A stretch of 64,000 bases of DNA from Macrostomum lignano. Taxonomy: Eukaryota. The notes beneath the pieces are model-generated. The model did not search any database. It was not told where the DNA came from and saw only the letters and a program-made list of their open reading frames with translations. The DNA is taken from assembly GCA_002269645.1 (NCBI GenBank), contig NIVC01000291.1, forward strand, positions 310,001 through 374,000, given 5' to 3'. Positions 12,790 through 24,431 of this stretch are shown piece after piece. Numbering within the stretch: the stretch's first letter is position 1; every line of letters begins with the position of its first letter. The position numbers and the translations under genes were made by a program.

Positions 12790-14101
12790 AAGTTAGAGTT
12801 AGTAGTAGTAGTAATTTGGCTCAGGCAAGAAGCCTGTTTGGCCAGTATATGTCAGTGTATTTAATATTAATATTATTTCGATAGAATGGGATTCTGTGCG
12901 GCGAGTAAGTAAGTAAGTAAGAGAATTTGGCTCAGGCAATTAGCCTGTTTGGCCAATATATTATAGAGCTATGTATTTGGAATTTTCGAATATAGAAGTT
13001 TATAAAGACGATTTGACGACGATTTGCTGAGTTATTGTAAAAGATAAAGTATTTGAAAGCGCGCCAGAATTTTTACGGTATTTTTAGACGAAAAGTGACG
13101 ACTAACAACTAACAACGAGTATAAATATTAATACAAAAATGAGTACAAATTACGAGGTATAGCTTTAATTGCGAGATTACTTTGGTAAGCGAGTTTGTAA
13201 AAAAAAAAAGATGTAGTATTTTTGAAGTTTACAATAATATAGTATTTGAAAGGGCGCCAATTTTTTTTTTTACGAAACTTCAAAAATCTTTAACGGCAAA
13301 CAAAGCAAAAAGTATTTAAGTAAGGAATTAAAAGACAAGTATGGTGTCACTTGAATTCGTAGGTGATAAAAATAAGTTTATATGTATTAATCAGACAAAA
13401 AAATCAGATGAAAGGATTGCTGGCAATTATTAGGCATTAAATATGAAGGGTATTTTTGAAGCAAATATGTAAGAAAGAAATAACCAAAAATAGAGTGCTT
13501 AAATAGAAATAAGGCGCGATTAGAAAAAGAAAATTTTTACATAAATAAACGTGTAATACGGGATAGATTGCACCGGTATTGTTTACTCGAAGAGGGGTAG
13601 GGACTTAATAGCAAGAGATGCATAGTAGCAAGAGGGAATAGCAAGTAAAGTATCAAGGTAACCAGGGATTCAATTGGTGTAAGACGGTCAGCAACAGCGT
13701 GGTACACATGGTGTTCTCTATAATTTTCATGTCGGTTAAGGAGGGAGATTTGCTATGAGTTTATAGATCTTCTCGATAGCTAGCAAATCTTTTTTATTTT
13801 TGTTTTCGTTTGTAGCATAGCCTAAACTGTAAAAGTGTCTTGTGCTCAGGTGGCTTTGGTTAAAGTATTTTTTCCTGACATCTAGTATACCGACACATTC
13901 AGTTGTATAGTGTAAGATATTATTGCCTGAATCTCTGCCACAAAGTTTGCATTTTTCTTGGGTGTATTTGCTTGGTAAGAACTCAGTTTTAAGCTTAAGC
14001 AGAATTTCTAGGAGTTTTTTATTTCTAAAAATACTGGGAAAGTAGTTTTTTAAGTTAGGCTTGAAAATATTCTTATAGATGAAGCAATTTTTGTAATGCA
14101 T
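12790..14101 (-). pseudogene. Non-LTR retrotransposon 3' remnants (C-terminal CCHC zinc knuckle and duplicated 3' tails)
   Basis: ORF 14101-13736 contains CKLC-x8-HYTTEC, typical of LINE ORF2 C-termini. Two copies of ggccaaacaggc..ttgcctgagccaaatt are each followed on the minus strand by (TAC)n or (TTAC)n tails at about 12800-12845 and 12905-12953. Confidence 0.55.
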
Positions 14102-14943
14102 GACTTTCGCGTGGTTTTCTATTTTTTGAAGAGTTCACGCTCCCAGGAGATGAGTAGTTGTGTGGTCATTGTTAAGAAGTTTCATTGCAAGTTTTAACTT
14201 TTAAATATTTTATTTAAACCAAAACTGTTTTAATTAACATTAAAGAATGATTTTAAAACAAATAAATTATTTAAAAACATATATTCTAGTAGCATTTATT
14301 CGTTGCTATGATCTATTGTAGTTTTTCTTTATTTCTTGTGTTCCAGAAAACATTTTTCCTAGAATCTAAAATTTATAAAAAGTTTAAAATCCCATTTGGG
14401 CACTAAATTTAATGCTAATGGTATATATTAAAGTGGCTTTTAGAGACATATATCAGGATAGATGTAGCATCATAGACCATGTGCACAAACAAAAATCGGT
14501 TGATAGGCCTATTGAATATTGATAGGTCCATAAGAAATAAAAAAATCATAAATCACACAATTCATGGAAAAATTCTACAAAATTCTGTTCTTAAAGTGTA
14601 TTGTTGTAGTTAATCCTAGTAAAGCTGCACTATTTTGAGAAGTTGCTAGTAGGCCTATGATAGCTAAGTTCTAGGGCCTACAAAGCTTTATGCTTTTCAA
14701 TTTCATAATTTTTATTTTCACATTTATATTTATGCTAGGCCCAAATCTGTTTTCTCTACATTTGATTAACTATTTTAGTTAGGCCCCTAGCCTAGGTAAA
14801 TAATATTTTCACAAAAATATATATATTTAAGTAAAACAGTTAATAGAGTTATTGATTTAGTTAAAAGTTATAATATTATGATGTATAGGCCCTATATCTT
14901 TTATATTAGGCCTATATCTATATCTTAGGGTCTATCTCATATC

Positions 14944-15520
14944 TAGGGATTGCAATCCCGGGATCCCAAAATCCCAGGATTGGGCCTAAATCCTGGGATT
15001 TCCAGTCTTGGGATTAGGGACCCCAAATCCCAGGACTAATTTTTGTTAATATTTTTACTAAAAGTGCTGTAATATAAACATAATTAGGCCCATAACTAGT
15101 TTATTATACTGCGCCAATTTCCATTAATTGCCTCACATCGTATGGCACCTTTTTAAACCTCGTATCACAGATTTAAATATGAAATTAATTCCAATTTAAA
15201 TTTTGATATGATTTGCTTCTTTACTACTAATTAGTACAATTATACTACTTACTTCAATAGGTCACAAGATAATGCTGTTTTTCATCTACAAATAGATCAT
15301 TATCTCTATAACAATCAAAAAAGTAAGCAAAAAGTGTTTAGTGCATATTAAAATTTTCTTAAAATTTTTTTCTTAAAATATCTTAAAATTTCAACCTAGA
15401 AGCATAAAAATCTATATTAGGCCTATTCTGATCCCGGGATTCAATCCTGGCATTGGCCAAATTCCAGGATTTAATCCCAGGATCCCGGGATCATAAAAAT
15501 CCAGGATTTTGCAATCCCTA
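14944..15520. mobile_element. hAT-type MITE (~577 bp)
   Basis: TIRs are tagggattgcaa ... ttgcaatcccta, with subterminal aatcccaggat/atcccgggat motifs. Flanking 8-mers ctcatatc and ttcatatc match 7/8, consistent with an 8-bp TSD. Confidence 0.8.
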
Positions 15521-16726
15521 TTCATATCTCTCCTAAATATTTAAATTCATTCAAATTAGGCATTAGGCCTAAATAGTTCCAAAAATATAACTGTTAATCA
15601 AGAAGGTAGCACAAAGTATATTGGTAAAAGAATTAATTTTTGCCATTTTGGGAGACAATCTATATATGCTATCTACTCTATACTATATCGTGCTATTTCT
15701 GTGGTCATATTTATTTATATATCTAATCTAATAAAATACCTAAGCAGTATTAATAATTATTAGGCCTATTATTGCCAAAAGGGCTTTCCTTGTCTTCAAA
15801 AGTTATAAAAAAGAGAAGTACATATATAAAAGTTAATATTTCTCTTTTAAAAAAATATCTTACTAATGCTTCCATAGTTGTACTAAGGTCTTAAGTTTGA
15901 TCTATCTTAAAAGATCCCATAAACTATCACCTAAGTTGTTAATAATGCTAATCCTTCTGCTATAATTTAGTCTTATTTTGTCTTAATATAGGCCCTAATT
16001 CTAGTAGAATCATTGCATACACATTGGGAAACCCAGTGCTAGAAAATACATTTTTCAGTTTTTTACTTAAATAATGGGTCTAAGAGCAACAAATTTAATA
16101 ATCTAAGCACTCATTTAGTCATTTCTAATGTGACTAGTTTCACATTTGAACATTATAACAGGGGAGACAAATCAATAAAGCACAAAAAGTTTGAGAACAA
16201 AAACAGAGCAAACTAAGTACTAAGCAAACTGAATTTATAGCTGATAGTAGAGTAAAAAATTAGCAAAAGCAAGTCAATGAAATATCATTCCAATTAGCTA
16301 ATTATTAGTAGTCTATAGAATTGCTTCACCAATGAAACAGAGCATGTGCCTAAACCGTCCACAGTTTGCATACAGTTTGCAGCTTCACCTTCATCCATTG
16401 TGAGATGTGGGCAGCTCTATCACCCCTTTCAATTGTACCCACAATCAATATGTACTTTTTGTTCCTCATCTTGTTGTAGGAGCCATGTGCTGCATGATCT
16501 TGTTCTTCCAGCACTTCATCTGCAGTGGCAAAGCTCCCCTTAAATTGCTTGCTTGTACTATCAAATGGCTTGCAAAAGGCTATAGTTTTTGTTTATAAAA
16601 TCATGTCTCAATTTTTTTAACTGTTGACTGTTAACTGTTAACTCATGCTGTGGAGGGCAAGCAGCTGGGGCCACGCAGCTCAAACCGCAGACTCGCAGCA
16701 TTTCGATCGCCTAGAGAAAGCCGGCC

Positions 16727-19700
16727 ATGCAGCAGCAGCAGCCGGAGACTGATGACCTGGCTGAGGAGGCCGATGGGGACGAGTTCGACTACGAGGATCT
16801 GGAAATTGTCGACATCGGTGAGGGCGAGAATGACGGCTGCCTCGGTGACGACAGCTTTGAAAGCGACGAGTCCGAGGGAGCTGAGCCGGTGCCGGTCCGC
16901 CAGCCACTGGAGGTCGCGCGCGACGACTCAGTAGCCACACTGAGCGGCCACGTGTCCAGCGTCTTCTGCCTGGCCGCCTCGCCCGACGGCCGCCTGCTGG
17001 CAAGCGGCGGCGAGGACGACCGCGCCCTGGTTTGGCGGGTTGGCGCCGATGGACCGCACGCTGCGGCCACTGCGGTCGACGCAAAACTTGTTGGGGTTTG
17101 CGGCGGCCACGACGACTCCGTGGTCTTCGTCTCCTTTAATAGGTGGGTAGCTAGGCGTTAGCTAGTCAATAGCAAGGCAGTAGCTAGGCGTTAGCTAGTC
17201 AATAGCAAGGCAGTAGCTAGGCGTTAGCTAGTCAATAGCAAGGCAGTAGCTAGGCGTTAGCTAGTCAATAGCAAGGCAGTAGCTAGGCGTTAGCTAGTCA
17301 ATAGCAAGGCAGTAGCTAGGCGTTAGCTAGTCAATAGCAAGGCAGTAGCTAGGCGTTAGCTAGTCAATAGCAAGGCAGTAGCTAGGCGTTAGCTAGTCAA
17401 TAGCAAGGCAGTAGCTAGGCGTTAGCTAGTCAATAGCAAGGCAGTAGCTAGGCGTTAGCTAGTCAATAGCAAGGCAGTAGCTAGGCTTTAGCTAGTCAAT
17501 AGCAAGGCAGTAGCTAGGCGTTAGCTAAACAATAGCAAGGCAGTAGCTAGGCGTTAGCTAAACAATAGCAAGGCAGTAGCTAGACGTTAGCTAAACAATA
17601 GCAAGGCAGTAGCTAAGCGTTAGCTAGTCAATAGCAAGGCAGTAGCTAGGCGTTAGCTAAACAATAGCAAGGCAGTAGCTAGGCGTTAGCTAGTCAATAG
17701 CAAGGCAGTAGCTAGGCGTTAGCTAAACAATAGCAAGGCAGTAGCTAGGCGTTAGCTAAACAATAGCAAGGCAGTAGCTAAGCGTTAGCTAGACGCAACT
17801 CACTACAGCGACTCCAGCACGCCTTTGATACGACTCTATGGGTCCAGAGTCATTATAAATTTAGAGACGCCCAAGAGTCACAGACACTAAAACGCCTCAA
17901 ATTAACTCTTAGGCGACTATTAAATCTCGTCGCTTTGAAGTCGTCTAGAGTCACTTCTTTCTTTTTTTACCTGTGTTACGTACGAGTCTGGAGCGACGCT
18001 TCTTGGCCTGGGTATCTAGGCATGTGTCACTAAGTTGCTACTTTTGCTAGGCATTAGCCGTGTGTCTGAATTTAGCGAATCAATAGAAGAGCATTAATTA
18101 GCCTGTAACCAAGCATTATCCAGTAGCAGCTAGTCGCCTATGCCCGCAACCCGCAGGACAGGCACCCTGCTAGCCACGGGTGATTTATCCGGCCAGGTGA
18201 ACGTCTGGGAGACCAGCCAGTTTGGCCAGGAAGTTTCCGCGAACCCCGCCAACAGCTCCTCGTCTGCGGAGGCGCAGCCAATGTGGTCTGGGGAGGCCGC
18301 CGAGCTGCGCTGGGGCTGCTGGCATCCGCTGGTGGCCTCTGCGTTGCTGGTTGGCACCGGCGACGGCAGCTGCTGGCTGTGGCAGGTGAGCTGCCCGTTG
18401 CCTTCCGATTCGTTGAGTTCTGAGTCTGTGAAAACAGGCTATCCTGACTCATGCAGCTTTCTAGAGAATTTATTGCAACAAAGCACATAACCCACTATTA
18501 AAATCAGCCTTATCCTACTTTCTTAGAAACAACCGTAACCCGCTTTCTAAGATTCAGCCCAAACCTAGACAGAATTAGCTCTAAACCGCTTTCGTAAAAT
18601 AAGCCTAACAAAATTTCTTAGGATCATCTCTGAAATGCTTTCTCATCATCGCATGTATCAATAACCAACTTTCTCATAACTGCCTACATCACTTTTCACC
18701 CGGCTCTCAATCTCGCATCATCGACTCTTCGGCCCTGGCTATGCAGATTCCCTCTGGCCAGTGCAAGGTGATCGCAGGCGGCCAAGTAGACAGCGAGACC
18801 ACCTGCGGCCTGGTGCTTCCCAACGACCCTGGCCACGCCCTGGCTGCTCACGATAACGGCCGAGTCCGCCTGCTCGACCTCCGTGCCGGCCAGGCCGTGG
18901 CCACCTCGACCGGCTCTCTCGAATGTGACTCCTCGGTGCTGGCCATCGATGCCGCGCCCAGCTCGGGTCTGGCCGCCTGCGGCACCGAGACAGGCGATGT
19001 TGTCTGCTTCAGGGCCGCCGCGCCACGAGTGCCTCTGGCCGTGTGCAGCTTGCCGCAGGTGAGTTGTTGGTCGGTCAGCCGCAATGTACATTTGGTAAGA
19101 GAGTGGAGCGAGGCGGGTGAGCCGCAATGTACATTTGGTAAGAGAGTGGAGCGAGGCGGGTGAGCCGCAATGTACATTTGGTAAGAGAGTGGAGCGAGGC
19201 GGGTGAGCCGCAATGTACATTTGGTAAGAGAGTGGAGCGAGGCGGGTGAGCCGCAATGTACATTTGGTAAGAGACTGGAGCGAGGCGGGTGAGCCGCAAT
19301 GTACATTTGGTAAGAGAGTGGAGCGAGGCGGGTGAGCCGCAATGTACATTTGGTAAGAGAGTGGAGCGAGGCGGGTGAGCCGCAATGTACATTTGGTAAG
19401 AGAGTGGAGCGAGGCGGGTGAGCCGCAATGTACATTTGGTAAGAGAGTGGAGCGAGGCGGGTGAGCCGCAATATACATTTAATCTCTATTTAACGGCGAT
19501 CTTCAGGTATCGGCTGAGGCCACCACCACGGTGCAGGCCTCAGCCTCAGAGGCCACTCCAGACGCCAGCAACTGGTCGGTGGAGTCGGTGCAATTCTGCC
19601 CGCAGCAGGAGTCACTGCTGGCCGCCGGCTGCCTAGCCGGATTCGCTTTCGTATTCGACCTGCAGGCTGCCGGCAGCCTCCGGGTTCGCCTGCGCTGCAG

Positions 19701-19950
19701 CGTCGGTGCCGGCGTCGTCCGCGTCCTCTGGCTGCCGCGGCCGGCCACCACCGGACCGCTCCGATTGGCCACGGCGGACGTGGCCGGCCGGGCGCGGATC
19801 TGGGACGGCCTGTCCGGCCAGCCACTGCTGGAGTTGCTTGGTCACCGGGACGGCCTGCTGGACGCCTGTTGGCTGTCCGGTCCGCTGCCGCTGCTGGCCA
19901 CCTGCGCTGACAAGTGCGACTGCAGTGTTAAATTGTACCGCATCGACTGA
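16727..19950 (+). CDS. AAMP: AAMP/Sqt1-like WD40 protein (uL16/Rpl10 chaperone family), 4 exons
   Basis: An acidic N-terminus is followed by DDSVATLSGHVSSVFCL..LLASGGEDDRALVW..GHDDSV..LLATGDLSGQVNVW..WHP..LLVGTGDGSCWLWQIPSGQCK, closely paralleling recalled AAMP. Exons are 16727-17142, 18156-18385, 18747-19058 and 19507-19950, with canonical sites and matching phases. Confidence 0.9.
17146..17792. repeat. 33-bp minisatellite (gtagctaggcgttagctagtcaatagcaaggca) in AAMP intron 1
   Basis: About 19 copies starting 3 nt after the donor. Confidence 0.95.
19077..19475. repeat. 43-bp minisatellite (gagccgcaatgtacatttggtaagagagtggagcgaggcgggt) in AAMP intron 3
   Basis: About 9 near-identical copies. 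Confidence 0.95.
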
Positions 19951-20129
19951 GCCCTGCTGTGCGGCTATGAGGCCTGCGTTTGCTAGCGGATTTTTCTGTT
20001 GTTGGTGATTTTTCACTCTGCTAGTTTTGTGCTGTTGATCTTTGTGGAATATCAGCAGTGCTCAGTGCGATGCGGGCCTGAGCGCTTAATTAACTTGCTG
20101 GTTTCGGTGCTTTGAAATGAAAATGGGCC

Positions 20130-21025
20130 CTGCCCTCCCAGATCCTCAGCTGCTGATCTGCCCTCCCAGATCCTCAGCTGCTGATCTGCCCTCCCAGAAC
20201 CTCAGCTGCTGATCTGCCCTCCCAGATCCTCAGCTGCTGATCTGCCCTCCCAGATCCTCAGCTGCTGGTCTGCCCTCCCAGATCCTCAGCTGCTGATCTG
20301 CCCTCCCAGATCCTCAGCTGCTGGTCTGCCCTCCCAGATCCTCAGCTGCTGGTCTGCCCTCCCAGATCCTCAGCTGCTGGTCTGCCCTCCCAGATCCTCA
20401 GCTGCTGGTCTGCCCTCCCAGATCCTCAGCTGCTGGTCTGCCCTCCCAGACCCTCAGTTGCTGGGCCAGCCTCCCAGATCCTCAGTTGCTGGGCCACCTA
20501 CCCAGATCCTCAGCTGCTGGTCTGCCCTCCCAGATCCTCAGTTGCTGGGCCAGCCTGCCAGAGTGTCAGTTGCTGGGCCAGCCTCCCAGATCCTCAGTTG
20601 CTGGGCCAGCCTCCCAGACCCTCAGTTGCTGGGCCAGCCTCCCAGATCCTCAGTTGCTGGGCCAGCCTCCCAAATCCTCCGTTGCTGGGCCAGCCTCCCA
20701 GATCCTCAGTTGCTAGGCCAGCCTCCCAGATCCTCAGTTGCACGGCCAGCCTCCCAGATCATCAGTTGCTAGGCCAGCCTCCCAGATCCTCAGTTGCTAG
20801 GCCAGCCTCCCAGATCCTCAGTTGCTAGGCCAGCCTCCCAGATCCTCAGTTGCACGGCCAGCCTCCCAGATCATCAGTTGCTGGGCCAGCCTCCCAGAGT
20901 GTCAGTTGCTGGGCCAGCCTCCCAGATCCTCAGTTGCTGGGCAAGCCTCCCAGATCCTCAGTTGCTGGGCCAGCCTCCCAGATCCTCAGTTGCTAGGCCA
21001 GCCTCCCAGATCCCCAGTTGCTGAG
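20130..21025. repeat. 28-bp minisatellite (ctcccagatcctcagttgctgggccagc) with polar 5'-3' variant gradient
   Basis: About 31 copies. The first ~12 are the ctgctg(a/g)tctgcc variant and the later ones are ttgctgggccagcc. Confidence 0.95.
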
Positions 21026-21453
21026 CGGCCATTTTCCCTTACTATCAACGTTCTGTACACACCACTGCCAAAGCAGACGCATGCCCATGCTTAAAAAATC
21101 AGTGTCTTGCATCGGCCGCAGCAGTTAACTCGCTAGTCTTTGTTTTGCCTTGTCTGCTCTTCCATTTGCGCGCTTGGCTGGCTGAAGGCAGTTTGCTGCA
21201 CTGTGTCGCCCCGGGTTCCATGCTAAGCTGCCGGAACTGCATTCACATTGCCGACTGCCCACTGCTGTAGACAGTTTTTGAACTTTATTTCTTGCTTGAT
21301 GAGAAATATATCTGTTATTTTTTGCATTGACTTTGGACACAAGTTTTAGCTCGTTCCTGAGTTATTTTTTAGCGTTTAAAAATATTTTATATATTATACA
21401 TGTTAGTCGGCTGTTTGAGTCTCACGTGGCTTCTAAGTACGAACTAATTATAT

Positions 21454-21802
21454 ATGACCTGTTTACAATCTAGCGTCCAGTCTGACGCCGACTCTGACAT
21501 GTCAGAGCCGCGTCAGCAGCCAGACAGTCTTGGCAGTTCTCTGTCCGACTTTGTCCTGGTTCAGTCCGCTGTTGAAGCTGCCGCAGCGGTTGCGACTCCT
21601 GCCTTACATGTAGTTGCAAGCCAGCAAGCTGGCGGTCAGGATCGATTTGAGGGCGGCAAAGTGCCCTGCACGCAGGACTTGCTAGCCAGCAGCTCCGGAG
21701 CGCCCTGCTCGCTAGAGTTCCACTGCTGCAAGAGCGGTGAAGCTCAATTCGACTTTTGCTGCTCCTCGGTGCCTGCGGCCTGCTGCCCTCTGCAGTCAGA
21801 TG
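21454..21802 (+). CDS. Possible orphan coding exon (Ser/Ala-rich, Cys cluster)
   Basis: GC-rich open frame with a phase-1 donor (GATG|GTGACT) at 21802/21803. No recognisable family. Confidence 0.3.
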
Positions 21803-21829
21803 GTGACTCTCGGACAACTGACACTCTGG

Positions 21830-21965
21830 GAGGCTGGCCCAGCAACAGGGGATCTGGGAGGCTGGCCCAGAAACAGGGGATCTGGGAGGCTGGCCCAGAA
21901 ACAGGGGATCTGGGAGGCTGGCCCAGAAACAGGATCTGGGAGGGCGGAACAGCAACTGGGGATCT
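21830..21965. repeat. Inverted copy of the 28-bp minisatellite family
   Basis: About 4-5 copies of gggatctgggaggctggcccagaaacag, the reverse complement of the 20130-21025 unit. Confidence 0.85.
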
Positions 21966-22612
21966 GTACACACGCTAGCCACAACCTCTCCCCAGCCACA
22001 ATGTACACACGCTAGCCACAACCCCACCCCAGTCACAATGTACACACGCTAGCCACAACCCCACCCCAGCCACAATGTACACACGCTAGCCACAACCCCA
22101 CTCCAGCCGCAATGTACACACGCTAGTCACAACCCCACTCCAGCCACTATGTACACACGCTAGCCACAACCCCACCCCAGCCGCAATGTACACACGCTAG
22201 TCACAACCCCACTCCAGCCACTATGTACACACGCTAGCCACAACCCCACTCCAATCACTATGTACACACGCTAGCCACAACCTCACCCCAGCCACAATGT
22301 ACACACGCTAGCCACAACCTCACCCCAGCCACAATGTACACATGCTAGCCGCAACCCCATTCCAACCACAATGTACACACGCTAGCCACAACCTCACCCC
22401 AGCCACAATGTACACACGCTAGCCACAACCCCACTCCAATCACTATGTACACACGCTAGCCACAACCTCACCCCAGCCACAATGTACACACGCTAGCCAC
22501 AACCCCACTCCAGTCACAACGTACACACGCTAGCCACAACCTCGCCCCAGCCGCAATGTACACACGCTAGCCAAAACCCCACCCCAACCGCAGAAATGTA
22601 CACACGCTAGCC
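21965..22612. repeat. ~37-bp minisatellite (atgtacacacgctagccacaaccccactccagccaca)
   Basis: About 17 copies. Confidence 0.93.
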
Positions 22613-23140
22613 CTCTAGATAAGAGAATCCAAAGAATCGAGACTTCAGCACTTGGCGGCTAGCCTCGCAATTGACAATCGTAGCAGACAACAAAATCAAA
22701 AGGGCACGTGCAGTCTAGTCTTGCTACCTGGTAGGTATACTTATTCTCAATTTAATAAGTGGAAGGCGGGGTTGACACAGGCTTTAGCGAGGGGTTGTAA
22801 ATGTGCATGAATTACTATGTACTCGTACGTTAACCAATCAGAATGGGGGGAAAGGTGGCGTGAGGCGCGGAGGGGGGGGGCAGGTAAAATAGGCAAATGA
22901 TGAGTAATAGTACAGACGTACAATGAAATAAGCAAAACCTTTACTCTTCAATCCAAATCTTGTGAGTGTAGCCAGTAAGAGCTTTGTAGCTTAGTACTAA
23001 TCTTATGTAGCGTAGCCTGTAAGAGCTTTGTAGCTTATATAGTGCCTTGGTAGAATGCATGTGAATTACTAAAACAAATATTCTGCGATGCAAGCACTAT
23101 TCGGACAGGTGCGGATGCACTGACCATTTTAATCCCCCAG

Positions 23141-23531
23141 CCTCCATGCTGACCGCCGAGGCCATCAGCTGCTACACCTGCACGGGGTGCAGCGTGAGTT
23201 TCATGAGCAGCGAAGTGACCACAGTGAGCGGCTGCAACTACTGCGCAGTGAGTCATCGTTCCCTGTTTGATCAGCTCTGATAAGCAGCATTTCCACATTA
23301 ATTAACAGCTGCACTCGTGACGCAAAACTCCAATTGCAGAAGACCGTGTACCCCGGTTTGGCCATCCGTTCGTGCCTTCCCTCGTGCAGTCAGGCCTCGG
23401 ACTCGTTCGGCAACGTTCCGTACTGCTGCGACGGAAACCTGTGCAACTCCGGTGAGCGCCTGCGCGGCCTCTCCTGGCTGCTGCTGCTGCTTCCAGCTGC
23501 CGCTCTGGCCGCCATCAGCTGCAGGCAGTAG
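23141..23531 (+). CDS. Ly6/uPAR (three-finger) GPI-anchored protein, last two exons; signal-peptide exon not located
   Basis: Spliced product: AEAISCYTCTGC..SGCNYCA|KTV..IRSCLPSC..YCCDGNLCNS. This gives 10 Cys in the three-finger pattern with terminal CCxxxxCN, followed by a hydrophobic GPI-type tail (GLSWLLLLLPAAALAA). Exons are 23141-23247 and 23340-23531. Confidence 0.8.
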
Positions 23532-23789
23532 GAGCTGCCGACTTGACCTGATGCGAGACACAAATACAAATCTACAGGTGCATATGCTTCCCGAGATGCC
23601 GCTTAGCCAACTGTGCATGCAAATTGTACTCAATCCCCAACGATCCATTTCTCTCGCCCCAAATATACTCAAGCAGCTTTGGAAATATAGAATATAATAA
23701 AGCACAGAAATTCTAGATTTAGTAGTGAGCTCTTCAACGTTCTTGAAAAGCCACATTTTGCTTGGAAGTCAATAAAATAAGATTTCAAG

Positions 23790-23910
23790 GTAATGGCAAT
23801 GTCATGGCGATGGTAAGTCGCAATGTCATGGCGATGGTAAGTCGCAATGTCATGGCGATGGTAAGTCGCAATGTCATGGCGATGGTAAGTCGCAATGTCA
23901 TGGTGATGGA
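23790..23910. repeat. 24-bp tandem repeat (gcaatgtcatggcgatggtaagtc)
   Basis: About 5 copies. Confidence 0.85.
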
Positions 23911-24009
23911 GGACAGGGGCGTTGCGAACTGAGCTGGGGAAAATGATGGCGATCCTTGCACAGGTTTGGGGCTTCCGTTTACATTTTAGTAGGTGACCAA
24001 CAACTGCTT

Positions 24010-24145
24010 TGGCGCCCCTTAATGCTGGCGCCTCTTAATACTGGCGCCTCTTAATGCTGGCGCCTCTTAATGCTGGGTCCTCTTAATGCTGGCGCCTCTT
24101 GATACTGGCGCCTCTTGATGCTGGCGCCTCTTGATGCTGGCGCCA
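24010..24145. repeat. 16-bp tandem repeat (tgctggcgcctcttaa)
   Basis: About 8 copies. Confidence 0.85.
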
Positions 24146-24431
24146 AGTGTCGTTGTTGCTTCACCTCTATAGCCGTCAAATATTCAACAACAAAGTCACG
24201 AAAAAAATATGCGGAAGAAACAGTGTGCCAAGGCCTTCATAACTCGGATGTTAAAGAGCGCCAAAAGGATTCGAACCCCTGCCGTTCGCGGCCGCCGAAT
24301 ATGGGTTGGGATAATTCCAAAATGCTCAGCCTGCAGGAGGATAAGAATTTCTACAAGAAAAAAATTCCTGCAGACCCCATGCAGGCCCCCTTTGATCGAG
24401 CTGTCTTGTTCGGGAGAAGGTCGCTGCCTTT

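Noticed and set aside
21454-23531. Splicing the 21454-21802 exon to the Ly6 exon at 23141
   Set aside because: The phases are compatible, but the product would have an acidic N-terminus with no signal peptide, which does not fit a GPI-anchored Ly6 protein. It needs cDNA evidence.
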